The notes below the pieces were generated by a model. The model searched no databases. It was not told where the DNA came from and saw only the letters and a program-made list of their open reading frames with translations. Shown in pieces: positions 30,743 through 38,558 of a stretch of 64,000 nucleotides of DNA. A program made the position numbers and the translations under genes. Numbering within the stretch: position 1 is the first letter of the stretch; each line of letters opens with the position of its first letter. The stretch is from Verrucomicrobiota bacterium. GTDB lineage: Bacteria; Verrucomicrobiota; Verrucomicrobiia; Limisphaerales; SIBE01. The stretch is from the NCBI GenBank assembly GCA_046346765.1, contig JAXMHN010000030.1, positions 9,345 to 73,344 on the forward strand, given 5' to 3'.

Positions 30743-30854
30743 GAAACCCGATGGACGCCCGATCGACGCCTGATGAGACCCCGATCGGCATCGGGTGTTC
30801 ATCGGGTCTTGATCGGGATTCCATCGGGTTTGCATCGGGTTTGCATCGGGATTG
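30743..30854. repeat. Array of 11-bp units in two opposed arms: four in one orientation, a 2-nt centre, then six in the other (core CATCGGG)
   Basis: Left: gaaacccgatg, gacgcccgatc, gacgcctgatg, agaccccgatc. Right: catcgggtgtt, catcgggtctt, gatcgggattc, catcgggtttg, catcgggtttg, catcgggattg. Confidence 0.92.
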
Positions 30855-31007
30855 GCCCGGATCGAGTTTCTGCCAAAGGTCCTGCCGCGCAGGTTGTGCT
30901 CACGAACGGGATCGTCGATGCGCACTTGCCGGAGGGCAATTTACCCGGTAGAAATCCTCACTGGCTGTCGCGGAAAACCAGCCATTGGGTCCGTCTATCA
31001 AAACCGC

Positions 31008-32141
31008 ATGAGTGTCCATCCAGCTGTCGACGAACTGTCTCGCCGGGTCCTTCGCTTGATTGAAGAAGCCTCCAACGCCAGCGCTGGCAGGGAGGAGGAC
31101 TTCACCGCCCTGGCCATGGCCCTTTTCGATCGGCAGTTCGCTGATATTCCTGTTTACCGGCGCTTTTGTGAAGCGCGCGGCGTGGGGCCGGGAAGGGTGA
31201 CGGCATGGAAGGAAATTCCTGCCATGCCCACGCGCGCGTTCAAAGAATTTGATCTCTCTAGTCTACCGCTGGAAGGGCGGCCTACATTCTTTCTGTCGAG
31301 CGGGACCGGGTCGATCGCGGAGCGAAGCCGACACTACCATGACCCGGCGTCGCTAGAGATCTACGAGGCCTCGTTGTGGTCATGGTTCAGGCGGCATGTT
31401 TTGCCTGAACGGGGGTCATTCGACGGAATGGGGGAAGGGATGCGATTGGTGGCGTTGACGCCTCCTCCGGAGCTGGCGCCACATTCTTCATTGGTGCACA
31501 TGTTCGGCACGATTGCGCGGCGGGGCCGATTCGATGCGGCGACATTCGCCGCACGCACCGATGACACCGGGATATGGCACCTCGACCTCGAACTAACGAC
31601 CCAATGGCTGCGCGAGGCGACGGCCGTTTCGCAGCCTGTCCTGCTTCTCGGGCCGGCCTTTTCCTATGTGCATCTTCTGGATCGGTGGGCCGAAACCGGT
31701 CAATCGTTTCACTTGGCGCCCGGTTCGCGGGCTTTGGAGACGGGAGGATACAAAGGGCGTTCGCGAGTGCTTCCAAAGGCGGAGCTCCACGAAGGCATCA
31801 TGGACCGCTGCGGCATTCCAGGGTCTCACATCGTGACGGAGTACGGAATGAGCGAATTGAGCTCACAAGCTTACGACCGGGTCGTGGGTGAGGCGCCCGG
31901 CCGTGGGGCTGGTTGCTTCCGCTTTCCGCCTTGGGCACGGGCGTGGATGGCGTCGCCCGAGACTGGGAAGGAAGTGGCGGACGGTGAAATTGGCATGATC
32001 CGGGTGGTGGACCTTGCCAATGTTTATTCCTTGTTGTCCATTCAGACGGAGGATCTCGGCCGGCGGTGCGGCGACGGCTTTGAATGGATAGGCCGGGCCA
32101 ACTTGGTAGAATCACGCGGGTGCTCATTGATGTTGGAATGA
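31008..32141 (+). CDS. LuxE-family acyl-protein synthetase
   Basis: SSGT loop, ETGGYKG, EYGMSELSSQ, TEDLG and C-terminal GR...RGCS (acylated Cys) motifs. Confidence 0.85.
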   Translation: MSVHPAVDELSRRVLRLIEEASNASAGREEDFTALAMALFDRQFADIPVYRRFCEARGVGPGRVTAWKEIPAMPTRAFKEFDLSSLPLEGRPTFFLSSGTGSIAERSRHYHDPASLEIYEASLWSWFRRHVLPERGSFDGMGEGMRLVALTPPPELAPHSSLVHMFGTIARRGRFDAATFAARTDDTGIWHLDLELTTQWLREATAVSQPVLLLGPAFSYVHLLDRWAETGQSFHLAPGSRALETGGYKGRSRVLPKAELHEGIMDRCGIPGSHIVTEYGMSELSSQAYDRVVGEAPGRGAGCFRFPPWARAWMASPETGKEVADGEIGMIRVVDLANVYSLLSIQTEDLGRRCGDGFEWIGRANLVESRGCSLMLE

Positions 32142-32429
32142 GGCGATCTCCCCTTGCCAGGAAGGGGCTCGTCTTCAGGAGCGGGATGGGTAAAACTAGG
32201 CGCATTGTCCTGGGAATGAATTGCATCGGCTCGATAGCGGGCGCGTGTCCAACGGTCCAAGACGGCGGCGACCATAGCACGCGACGAGTCTGCCGAAGAA
32301 CTTCGATGAGTTCTGTTTTCGAAGTGGTGATGAGCGCATCTGGGCGCCTGGGTTCCAGCCTAGATCCTTTGGTGCAGCACCGAGCGCGGTTCTCAACAGA
32401 GTCCTGAGGGGCGCGAAGGAAATGACGTT

Positions 32430-33806
32430 ATGACTTTGCCGAATTATTTTCTGGCTGACCTACCGAGAGAGGCCGCGCTTAGTCCCCAGACGATCACGGA
32501 TGCTTGCCAGACGCTGAAGCGCAATCGCGAGCAGTACTTGCGAAATCGCTCGACCGAAAGCCTGGTGCGAACCATCAGCGACGTGGCCGCAAGCTGGCTG
32601 GACCCGGAGTTTCCGTTCCGGAGACTGGCGATGGCGGCCAGTCCAGGTTTGACTGGTTTCCCGTCGGCGACACTGGCCGTGGGACTGGACCAGTTCTTCC
32701 GGCAGTTGACGGTGGACCATCTCCAAGCGCTGCTGGTCCAGGACTTGGGTCACAGCCAGAGGCTGGACCGCTTTGTTATTGCCAAGTCCGAGCGTGGCGC
32801 CGACCGGGCCGCCCTGGCCAAAGGGCCCGAGCTGCTGGCGCATATCTCCGCTGGCAACGTCCCTAATCCGGCTTTCTCCAGCATGATTTTGGGGATTTTG
32901 GTGCGGTCCGCGCAGTTCTTGAAGTGCGCTTCGGGCACGGCCTACTTGCCGCGGTTACTGGCGCACTCGTTTTATGAGGCTGACCCGAAATTGGCGTCTT
33001 GCCTGGAGATTGCTGAATGGCCGGGCGGAAGACACGACCTGGAAGGGACGCTTTACCGGGAGGTGGATTGCCTCACGGCGACCGGCAGCGACAAGACTCT
33101 GGCGGACATCCATTCCAATTTGCCGCCGCACTTGCGCTTTGTCAGCTATGGCCACCGGGTGAGTTTTGGGTTCATTGCGCGCGAAGCGCTCGGCCATGGG
33201 GTGGGCGAGTTGGTCCGTCGAGCGGCATCCGACGTAGCTGCTTGGAACCAGTTGGGCTGCCTTTCGCCTCATGTTTTTTACGTGGAACGCGGCGGGAAGC
33301 TATCTGCTGAGGCCTTCGCGGAAATGCTGGCGGCGCAATTAGCGCAACTGGAGGAGAGCCAGCCGCGAGGTCCTTTGGTGGAGGAGGTGGCGGCGGTCAT
33401 CGCCAGCCGGCGGTCCTTTTACGAAGTGCGCGCGGCTCATTCGGTCGAAACGCAGCAATGGGTGAGTCCTCATTCGACGGCCTGGACCGTTGTCTACGAG
33501 GCGGACCCGCGCTTTCAACTCTCCTGTTTGCACCGATTTGTCTACGTAAAGCCGGTTCCGGACTGGAGCGAAATATTGCGGGTGGCTGACTCCGTCCGGG
33601 GCTGTATCTCGACGGTCGGGCTCGAAGCCAGCGAGGAGCGAGCCGCGGAAATCGCGGGTGGATTGGCCCGGTGGGGAGTTGGTCGAGTGTGCCCTTTGGG
33701 ACAAATGCAATCGCCGCCACTGGGCTGGCGGCACGATGGACGCCCGTCGCTCGGCGATCTCGTGACCTGGACAGATTGGGAGCGGCCAGAGAACGGCGGT
33801 TTTTGA
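32430..33806 (+). CDS. LuxC-family acyl-CoA/acyl-protein reductase
   Basis: HISAGNVP, ATGS, YGHRVSF, NQLGCLSP (catalytic Cys) and RVCPLGQMQ.P...W.HDG motifs. Confidence 0.88.
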   Translation: MTLPNYFLADLPREAALSPQTITDACQTLKRNREQYLRNRSTESLVRTISDVAASWLDPEFPFRRLAMAASPGLTGFPSATLAVGLDQFFRQLTVDHLQALLVQDLGHSQRLDRFVIAKSERGADRAALAKGPELLAHISAGNVPNPAFSSMILGILVRSAQFLKCASGTAYLPRLLAHSFYEADPKLASCLEIAEWPGGRHDLEGTLYREVDCLTATGSDKTLADIHSNLPPHLRFVSYGHRVSFGFIAREALGHGVGELVRRAASDVAAWNQLGCLSPHVFYVERGGKLSAEAFAEMLAAQLAQLEESQPRGPLVEEVAAVIASRRSFYEVRAAHSVETQQWVSPHSTAWTVVYEADPRFQLSCLHRFVYVKPVPDWSEILRVADSVRGCISTVGLEASEERAAEIAGGLARWGVGRVCPLGQMQSPPLGWRHDGRPSLGDLVTWTDWERPENGGF

Positions 33807-33824
33807 CAAGCCTCGCACGAGGGC

Positions 33825-34186
33825 ATGAAGATCGAATTACGAAAGAGCTTTCAGTTTGAGGCGGCGCACCTGTTACCGCACCTTCCTCAGGGTCACAAGT
33901 GCCGGCGACTGCACGGCCATAGCTTTACGGCCGAGATTGTTGTGTCCGGCGAATGCGATCCGAAGCTGGGGTAATAGTTGATGGATTATGCGGACCTGAG
34001 TGTCGCATTCCGACCGTCGAACAGCTCGATCACCAGTATCTCAACGAGATTCCAGGTCTGGAAAATCCGACCAGCGAAGTGCTCGCGATTTGGATCTGGG
34101 ATCGACTGCGCTCGACGCTTCCCCTGTTACACGAAGTGGTCGTGGCCGAAACTTGCACGGCCCGATGCGTTTACCGCGGGCCGTAG
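33825..34186 (+). CDS. queD: 6-carboxy-5,6,7,8-tetrahydropterin synthase; broken by an in-frame TAA TAG and an indel at about 33970-34020 (likely read error)
   Basis: Manual translation: [18 protein letters not shown]...[10 protein letters not shown]...MDY...[18 protein letters not shown]...ET. The N-terminal half is missing from the ORF track. Confidence 0.9.
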
Positions 34187-34201
34187 CGCGGCCGAGGGTC
34201 T

Positions 34202-35062
34202 TTACGCCGCTGCGATGAGGGCTGGGCTCTCTCCGATCGGTTGGTCCAGCAGGCAGGTCCATCCGTTGGCCAGGCCTGTGACGTTTTGGTGCAATTGACG
34301 GAGGCGATGGGCACGGGCTGGCAGATCGTCCTCGTTCTGTTGCGCCTGTGGGCATCGGGCGCCGACGGTTATCAGTTCGGTTCGCATTCTGAGCTGATGC
34401 GCGACCGCGATCAGGAAGAAGCGCCAACCCCACCCGAGATGTTCCGGGACGAGGTCGAAGAACCGGACTAATGGACGCGGAATCAGCATCGGGCCGTAGG
34501 TGTAGTCTCCTGGTTGGCCGAGAGCTTCACCGCAGAGGCGATTCATAAAACGCTCCGCTGTTCTTCGGCCGGCGGGAAAGGAGGCGAGAGCGCGAGAGTT
34601 TCGAGCGGCAAGTCCAAGTGCGATAACCGATTGAGTGCAGCTGCTTTGGTGAATGAAACGGCGCAAAGACTTCTGGAAGAAGGCTCGTTTGTCAGGCTCG
34701 GTGTAAAGCGCATATTGCGCCTGGCTTTCGTTAAAGCACCCAACTGCCGCGCGCAACTGGCTAACCAGTGTCACTTTTGATTTCCGCGGCACGGAGCAAA
34801 CGTTGACATTTGGCAAGGTTTTCAGCTGGGCAAGGAAGTCAGGTCTGGACCCGCCATCGCCGACGTAGATAGGCAACGACTGTTGGCTTAAGGCGCGTAA
34901 CGACTTGAACAGCAACGTCCCTTCTGTTGAAGTGCGCGCCATTGTCATCGTCACGACGGCAATGGACGCGGTTAAGGCCGTTGGTTGCAGTTCGAACCCC
35001 TTGTCGGGGCATTGTCTTGGAGATGCCTTGAGCCCAAGGCAATGGCGACAACCCGGTACCAT
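34202..35062 (-). CDS. Hypothetical protein, possible GT-A glycosyltransferase-like fold; start uncertain
   Basis: IYVGDGGS motif, YTEPDK at the position expected for DxD, and GWGW. Confidence 0.5.
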   Translation of the reverse strand: MVPGCRHCLGLKASPRQCPDKGFELQPTALTASIAVVTMTMARTSTEGTLLFKSLRALSQQSLPIYVGDGGSRPDFLAQLKTLPNVNVCSVPRKSKVTLVSQLRAAVGCFNESQAQYALYTEPDKRAFFQKSLRRFIHQSSCTQSVIALGLAARNSRALASFPAGRRTAERFMNRLCGEALGQPGDYTYGPMLIPRPLVRFFDLVPEHLGWGWRFFLIAVAHQLRMRTELITVGARCPQAQQNEDDLPARAHRLRQLHQNVTGLANGWTCLLDQPIGESPALIAAA

Positions 35063-35240
35063 CAGGAGTTAAGCCTGCCACAGCCGACTGGGTGACACCA
35101 TCGGGCCACTGCCTGAATCCAACCGTTTGGAGTTTACTATTTTGCTCCTTGCCCGTGATTTGCGCTGAACGGCTTAAAGTTGGCACATCTGAGCCATCGA
35201 CCATTGATTGGTGCAGACAGAGCGACAGACTCCCAGGCCA

Positions 35241-35504
35241 TTACTTTTCGGCTGCAGGCACCACAGCGTTCGATTCGGCGGTGGTAAATAGGTCATAACC
35301 GCGAGCCCATTGCACCATCTCCCAATGTAGCTGTGGTTGCTGGGGTGCGGCGACCGGGCATTCTTCGAGTGTCTTCTCCCAAACAAGGTTAAAGCCCTCG
35401 GCGGGCGACGGATTGCGGGCCAGGTATTCTCGCAGCCGTCGCTGAAACTGGAGTCGAAACCGCTCGTGCTGCGCTTGTCCCTCGCCGTCCAGATGAGCAC
35501 TCAT
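35241..35504 (-). CDS. Small helical hypothetical protein (87 aa)
   Basis: ORF MSAHLDG... with protein-like composition, divergent from the response regulator. Confidence 0.55.
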   Translation of the reverse strand: MSAHLDGEGQAQHERFRLQFQRRLREYLARNPSPAEGFNLVWEKTLEECPVAAPQQPQLHWEMVQWARGYDLFTTAESNAVVPAAEK

Positions 35505-35707
35505 GGATGGGAGGATGGCCGGGTTTCCGAGGCGCCTCAAGCACCGGTTATTAAAAATTGTCCACCGGGGATTCACCGATCGGACGCCTGGCACGTCAGC
35601 CGGGTGCGCCGGGCGTGCATCGGAACGCCCCTGAATCTCAAAACAGGGTCGAAGACCCGTTGTCTCTTGGGCTGATGGAGCTAGTTTCATGCAAAGGATA
35701 TGCGCCT

Positions 35708-36175
35708 ATGAAACCGCCGCCCACGATTCTCCTCGCGGAAGATGATGTGGACGACCTGTTGTTGATCCAGCGTTCGTTCCAGAAAGCCCGCTTAGTCAAT
35801 CCTCTCCAAGTTGTGCGAGATGGCGAGGAAGCGATACGGTACCTCGCTGGTGAAAGTCCTTTCTCGGATCGAAACAGGTTTCCAGTCCCCTTCCTCCTGC
35901 TTCTCGACCTCAAAATGCCTAAGCAGAATGGGTTTGATGTCTTGAGCTGGATCCAGACGCGGAATGATCTGGCTGGGATGAAAGTCGCGGTCCTGACCGC
36001 GTCGTCCGACGAGCGTAGCTACTGCAAAGCGATGAAGTTAGGCGCAGACTCCTACTTCATCAAACCAGGTTCCTTGGACGAGTTTGTGCGGCTGATGTTG
36101 CGGCTTCAGGGACATTGGGCCCTCCTGGACGGCGATATGAGCGTGCCGGACGGATTGCTCGCTCAACGCCGTTGA
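35708..36175 (+). CDS. Single-domain response regulator (Rcp1-like)
   Basis: ILLAEDD, DGEEA..YL, LLLDLKMPKQNG, LTAS and YFIKP motifs. Confidence 0.9.
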   Translation: MKPPPTILLAEDDVDDLLLIQRSFQKARLVNPLQVVRDGEEAIRYLAGESPFSDRNRFPVPFLLLLDLKMPKQNGFDVLSWIQTRNDLAGMKVAVLTASSDERSYCKAMKLGADSYFIKPGSLDEFVRLMLRLQGHWALLDGDMSVPDGLLAQRR

Positions 36176-36264
36176 GCGAGGCCGATGCGACAAAGAGGCT
36201 TCTTACTTCGCGAGCTGTCCAACCTGGGCTCGTCTTGGGGAGTTGGAAGGACTAACGTCGCATC

Positions 36265-37473
36265 ATGAATCGCTTGTGGGTTTCGTTTTGGACTGGGTCC
36301 GCGCTGCTGACACTGAGCGCGGCTGAACTCCCAGAGGAGCACGGCAAAGCTCCGCAGCCTTCCCCTTACGCTCGCTGGCAAAAAGGGCCTTCGGCTGACG
36401 AGAGCTACTTTCCTATTGCCGTTTGGCTGCAGAATCCACGGAATGCTGCGCGCTATAAGGACGCTGGAATCAATCTGTATGTCGGATTATGGCGAGGGCC
36501 GACCAGGCAGCAACTGCAGGAATTGGCGGCGGCTGGTCTGCAAGTGATTTGTGAACAGAACCGGACTGCCCTGGAAGATGTCGATAATCGAACAATCGTT
36601 GGCTGGATGCATGGCGACGAACCGGATAATGCGCAAGCTCTTCCAGGACGGGACGGCTACGGGCCGCCCATTCCCACGGAGAAGATTAGAAAGGAGTACG
36701 AAGAGCTACAGGCCAAAGATCCCACTCGACCGATCCTGCTCAATTTGGGGCAGGGGGTGGCGTGGGACAACTATATCGGGCGCGGCGTGCGCCGGAATCA
36801 CCCGGAGGATTATCCGGAATACGTGAAAGGCTGCGACATTGCCTCTTTCGATATTTACCCGGTCGTGCACGACAGTCCCGAGATTGCCGGAAAGCTGGAA
36901 ATGGTTGCGCATGGGGTCGAGAGGTTGGGGCAGTGGGCCGGTCCGACTCGGATTACCTGGAACTGCATCGAATGCACTCACATCTCGCGCCCGCCCGCCA
37001 AAGCGACACCTGACCAGATCCGGTCGGAGGTTTGGATGGCTTTGATCCACGGTTCGCGTGGGCTGATCTATTTTGTGCATCAATTCAAGCCCACGTTTAA
37101 CGAAGCGGCCTTATTGGACGATCCTCTGACCCTGACGGCCGTCACCGCTATCAATCGCCAGATTCACGCTTTGGCGCCGGTGCTCAACGGTCCGACTCTG
37201 GCCGGGGAGCTTACTATCCAGAGCGCACCATCGACAGGGGAAGGCCGTGGCCTTGCCGCGATGGTGAAGCGGCGCGGTTCTTCCACCTACGTTTTTACGG
37301 TCAACCTGCAAAATCGTGCTGTTTCCGCCAATCTCGTGCTCAAGAGCATCAAGGGCGACCGCGGCGTCATTGTCCTGGATGAGGGCCGGACAGTGCCGAG
37401 CCACGAAGGAGCTTTTACCGATCAGTTCAAACCATACGAAGTGCACCTTTATCAAGTCCGCCAAGATGGTTGA
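36265..37473 (+). CDS. Secreted glycoside-hydrolase-like TIM-barrel protein
   Basis: Signal peptide; GW...DEPDN, FDIYP and ALIHGSRGLIYF motifs; C-terminal beta-sandwich. Confidence 0.65.
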   Translation: MNRLWVSFWTGSALLTLSAAELPEEHGKAPQPSPYARWQKGPSADESYFPIAVWLQNPRNAARYKDAGINLYVGLWRGPTRQQLQELAAAGLQVICEQNRTALEDVDNRTIVGWMHGDEPDNAQALPGRDGYGPPIPTEKIRKEYEELQAKDPTRPILLNLGQGVAWDNYIGRGVRRNHPEDYPEYVKGCDIASFDIYPVVHDSPEIAGKLEMVAHGVERLGQWAGPTRITWNCIECTHISRPPAKATPDQIRSEVWMALIHGSRGLIYFVHQFKPTFNEAALLDDPLTLTAVTAINRQIHALAPVLNGPTLAGELTIQSAPSTGEGRGLAAMVKRRGSSTYVFTVNLQNRAVSANLVLKSIKGDRGVIVLDEGRTVPSHEGAFTDQFKPYEVHLYQVRQDG

Positions 37474-37574
37474 CGTTGAGCGAGGGCGATCCTTTCGCTT
37501 GAATGCGGCGCGAACTCCGACTCCAAGAGGCGCGATAATTCACTAGGGAGGTCCGCGGTAATTCGCGGATATTC

Positions 37575-37602
37575 TTGACCCTGCCCAGGCGGGCGCTAGC
37601 CT
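37575..37602 (+). promoter_or_regulatory. Possible sigma70 promoter
   Basis: TTGACC-16 nt-TAGCCT, about 30 nt upstream of ATG 37632. Confidence 0.35.
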
Positions 37603-37631
37603 AAGCCCATCACCTAACCCGGACGGACGCA

Positions 37632-38495
37632 ATGGAACACTCCCAATCTCGGCGTTCCCAACTCCGCGGACGCGGACCTTACGCCTTTACCCTTATCGAA
37701 TTGCTGGTGGTCATCGCGATCATTGCCATCCTTGCGGGCATGCTTCTGCCGGCGCTTTCCCGGGCAAAAGATCGGGCTCTGCTGTCCAATGATCTGAACA
37801 ACATTCGCCAGGTCGTTCTCGCTGCTACTATGTTTGCTGGAGACAATGACGATTACTTGCCTTATCCCGGCTGGGGGGGCGTTCCGGCGCAACGCGACAA
37901 TTGGGCGCACGATAGGCTTCTGCAGAGTGGTTCGGGCAAGGACGATGCCGTTACGATTTCAAACCAGATCCAGTCATTCCGGCGCGGACAACTCGGGCCA
38001 TATATTCAAGAACCGCGGGTGCTGACTTGCCCGAGAGACGCAGCGGAGCGGACGGTTGGGAAGGGCAAGGAGGATTTCAAGAAGCGGGCGGTCAAGATTA
38101 CGAGCTACATCTGGAATGGGGCTTTGGTTGCCTACCAGGATCAACCGCTGACTTTGACTACGTCCAAGTTCAAGCTCGGCAATTTGCGTTCGACGGGCAT
38201 CCTTCTTTGGGAAGGTCCGGAAAGCGAAGAGCAGTATCTCTTCAATGATGTCAGCAACAGCCCGCACGAAGGCATTTCCCAGCGGCACGCGGGACGGAAG
38301 CGGCCGACGAATCAAAAGGACTTTGTGGGTGGCATTGCCCCGCTCGGATCGCTAGCCGGTGCGGGTTTTACGGTCAAGATGGAGAAGTGGTTTTCGCCGA
38401 CGTTAGCGGGGAAGAATGTCTGGCCGGCTGCTCCGAATCCGGACGGACCCAATGACGCTTGGTACAATCCGGAGACGAAGAACGGCGCGTTTTAG
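37632..38495 (+). CDS. Prepilin-type N-terminal cleavage/methylation protein (PVC DUF1559-like family)
   Basis: [29 protein letters not shown]...NN.RQ N-terminus; CP.D and SY..N motifs. Confidence 0.9.
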   Translation: MEHSQSRRSQLRGRGPYAFTLIELLVVIAIIAILAGMLLPALSRAKDRALLSNDLNNIRQVVLAATMFAGDNDDYLPYPGWGGVPAQRDNWAHDRLLQSGSGKDDAVTISNQIQSFRRGQLGPYIQEPRVLTCPRDAAERTVGKGKEDFKKRAVKITSYIWNGALVAYQDQPLTLTTSKFKLGNLRSTGILLWEGPESEEQYLFNDVSNSPHEGISQRHAGRKRPTNQKDFVGGIAPLGSLAGAGFTVKMEKWFSPTLAGKNVWPAAPNPDGPNDAWYNPETKNGAF

Positions 38496-38558
38496 TTTGG
38501 GCGCCGGTCGATGGAGCCGGATGCCACCTCAGCCAGGCCGCCGCGCAAAGCCGGACGG

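Noticed and set aside
30743..30854. CRISPR array
   Set aside because: Units are 11 nt and contiguous, with no unique spacers and no cas genes in the window.
31008..33806. Bioluminescence (lux) operon
   Set aside because: No luciferase luxA/luxB or luxD in the window; only the reductase pair is present.
33807..33824. preQ1 riboswitch before queD, and Moco riboswitch before mog
   Set aside because: The intergenic gaps are only 18 and 16 nt, and no consensus elements were seen.
33965..34020. Stop-codon recoding or programmed frameshift in queD (TAA TAG)
   Set aside because: Six nt occupy the place of one expected Trp codon and a further indel follows. TAA, TAG and TGA all terminate other genes here, so local read error is the simpler explanation.
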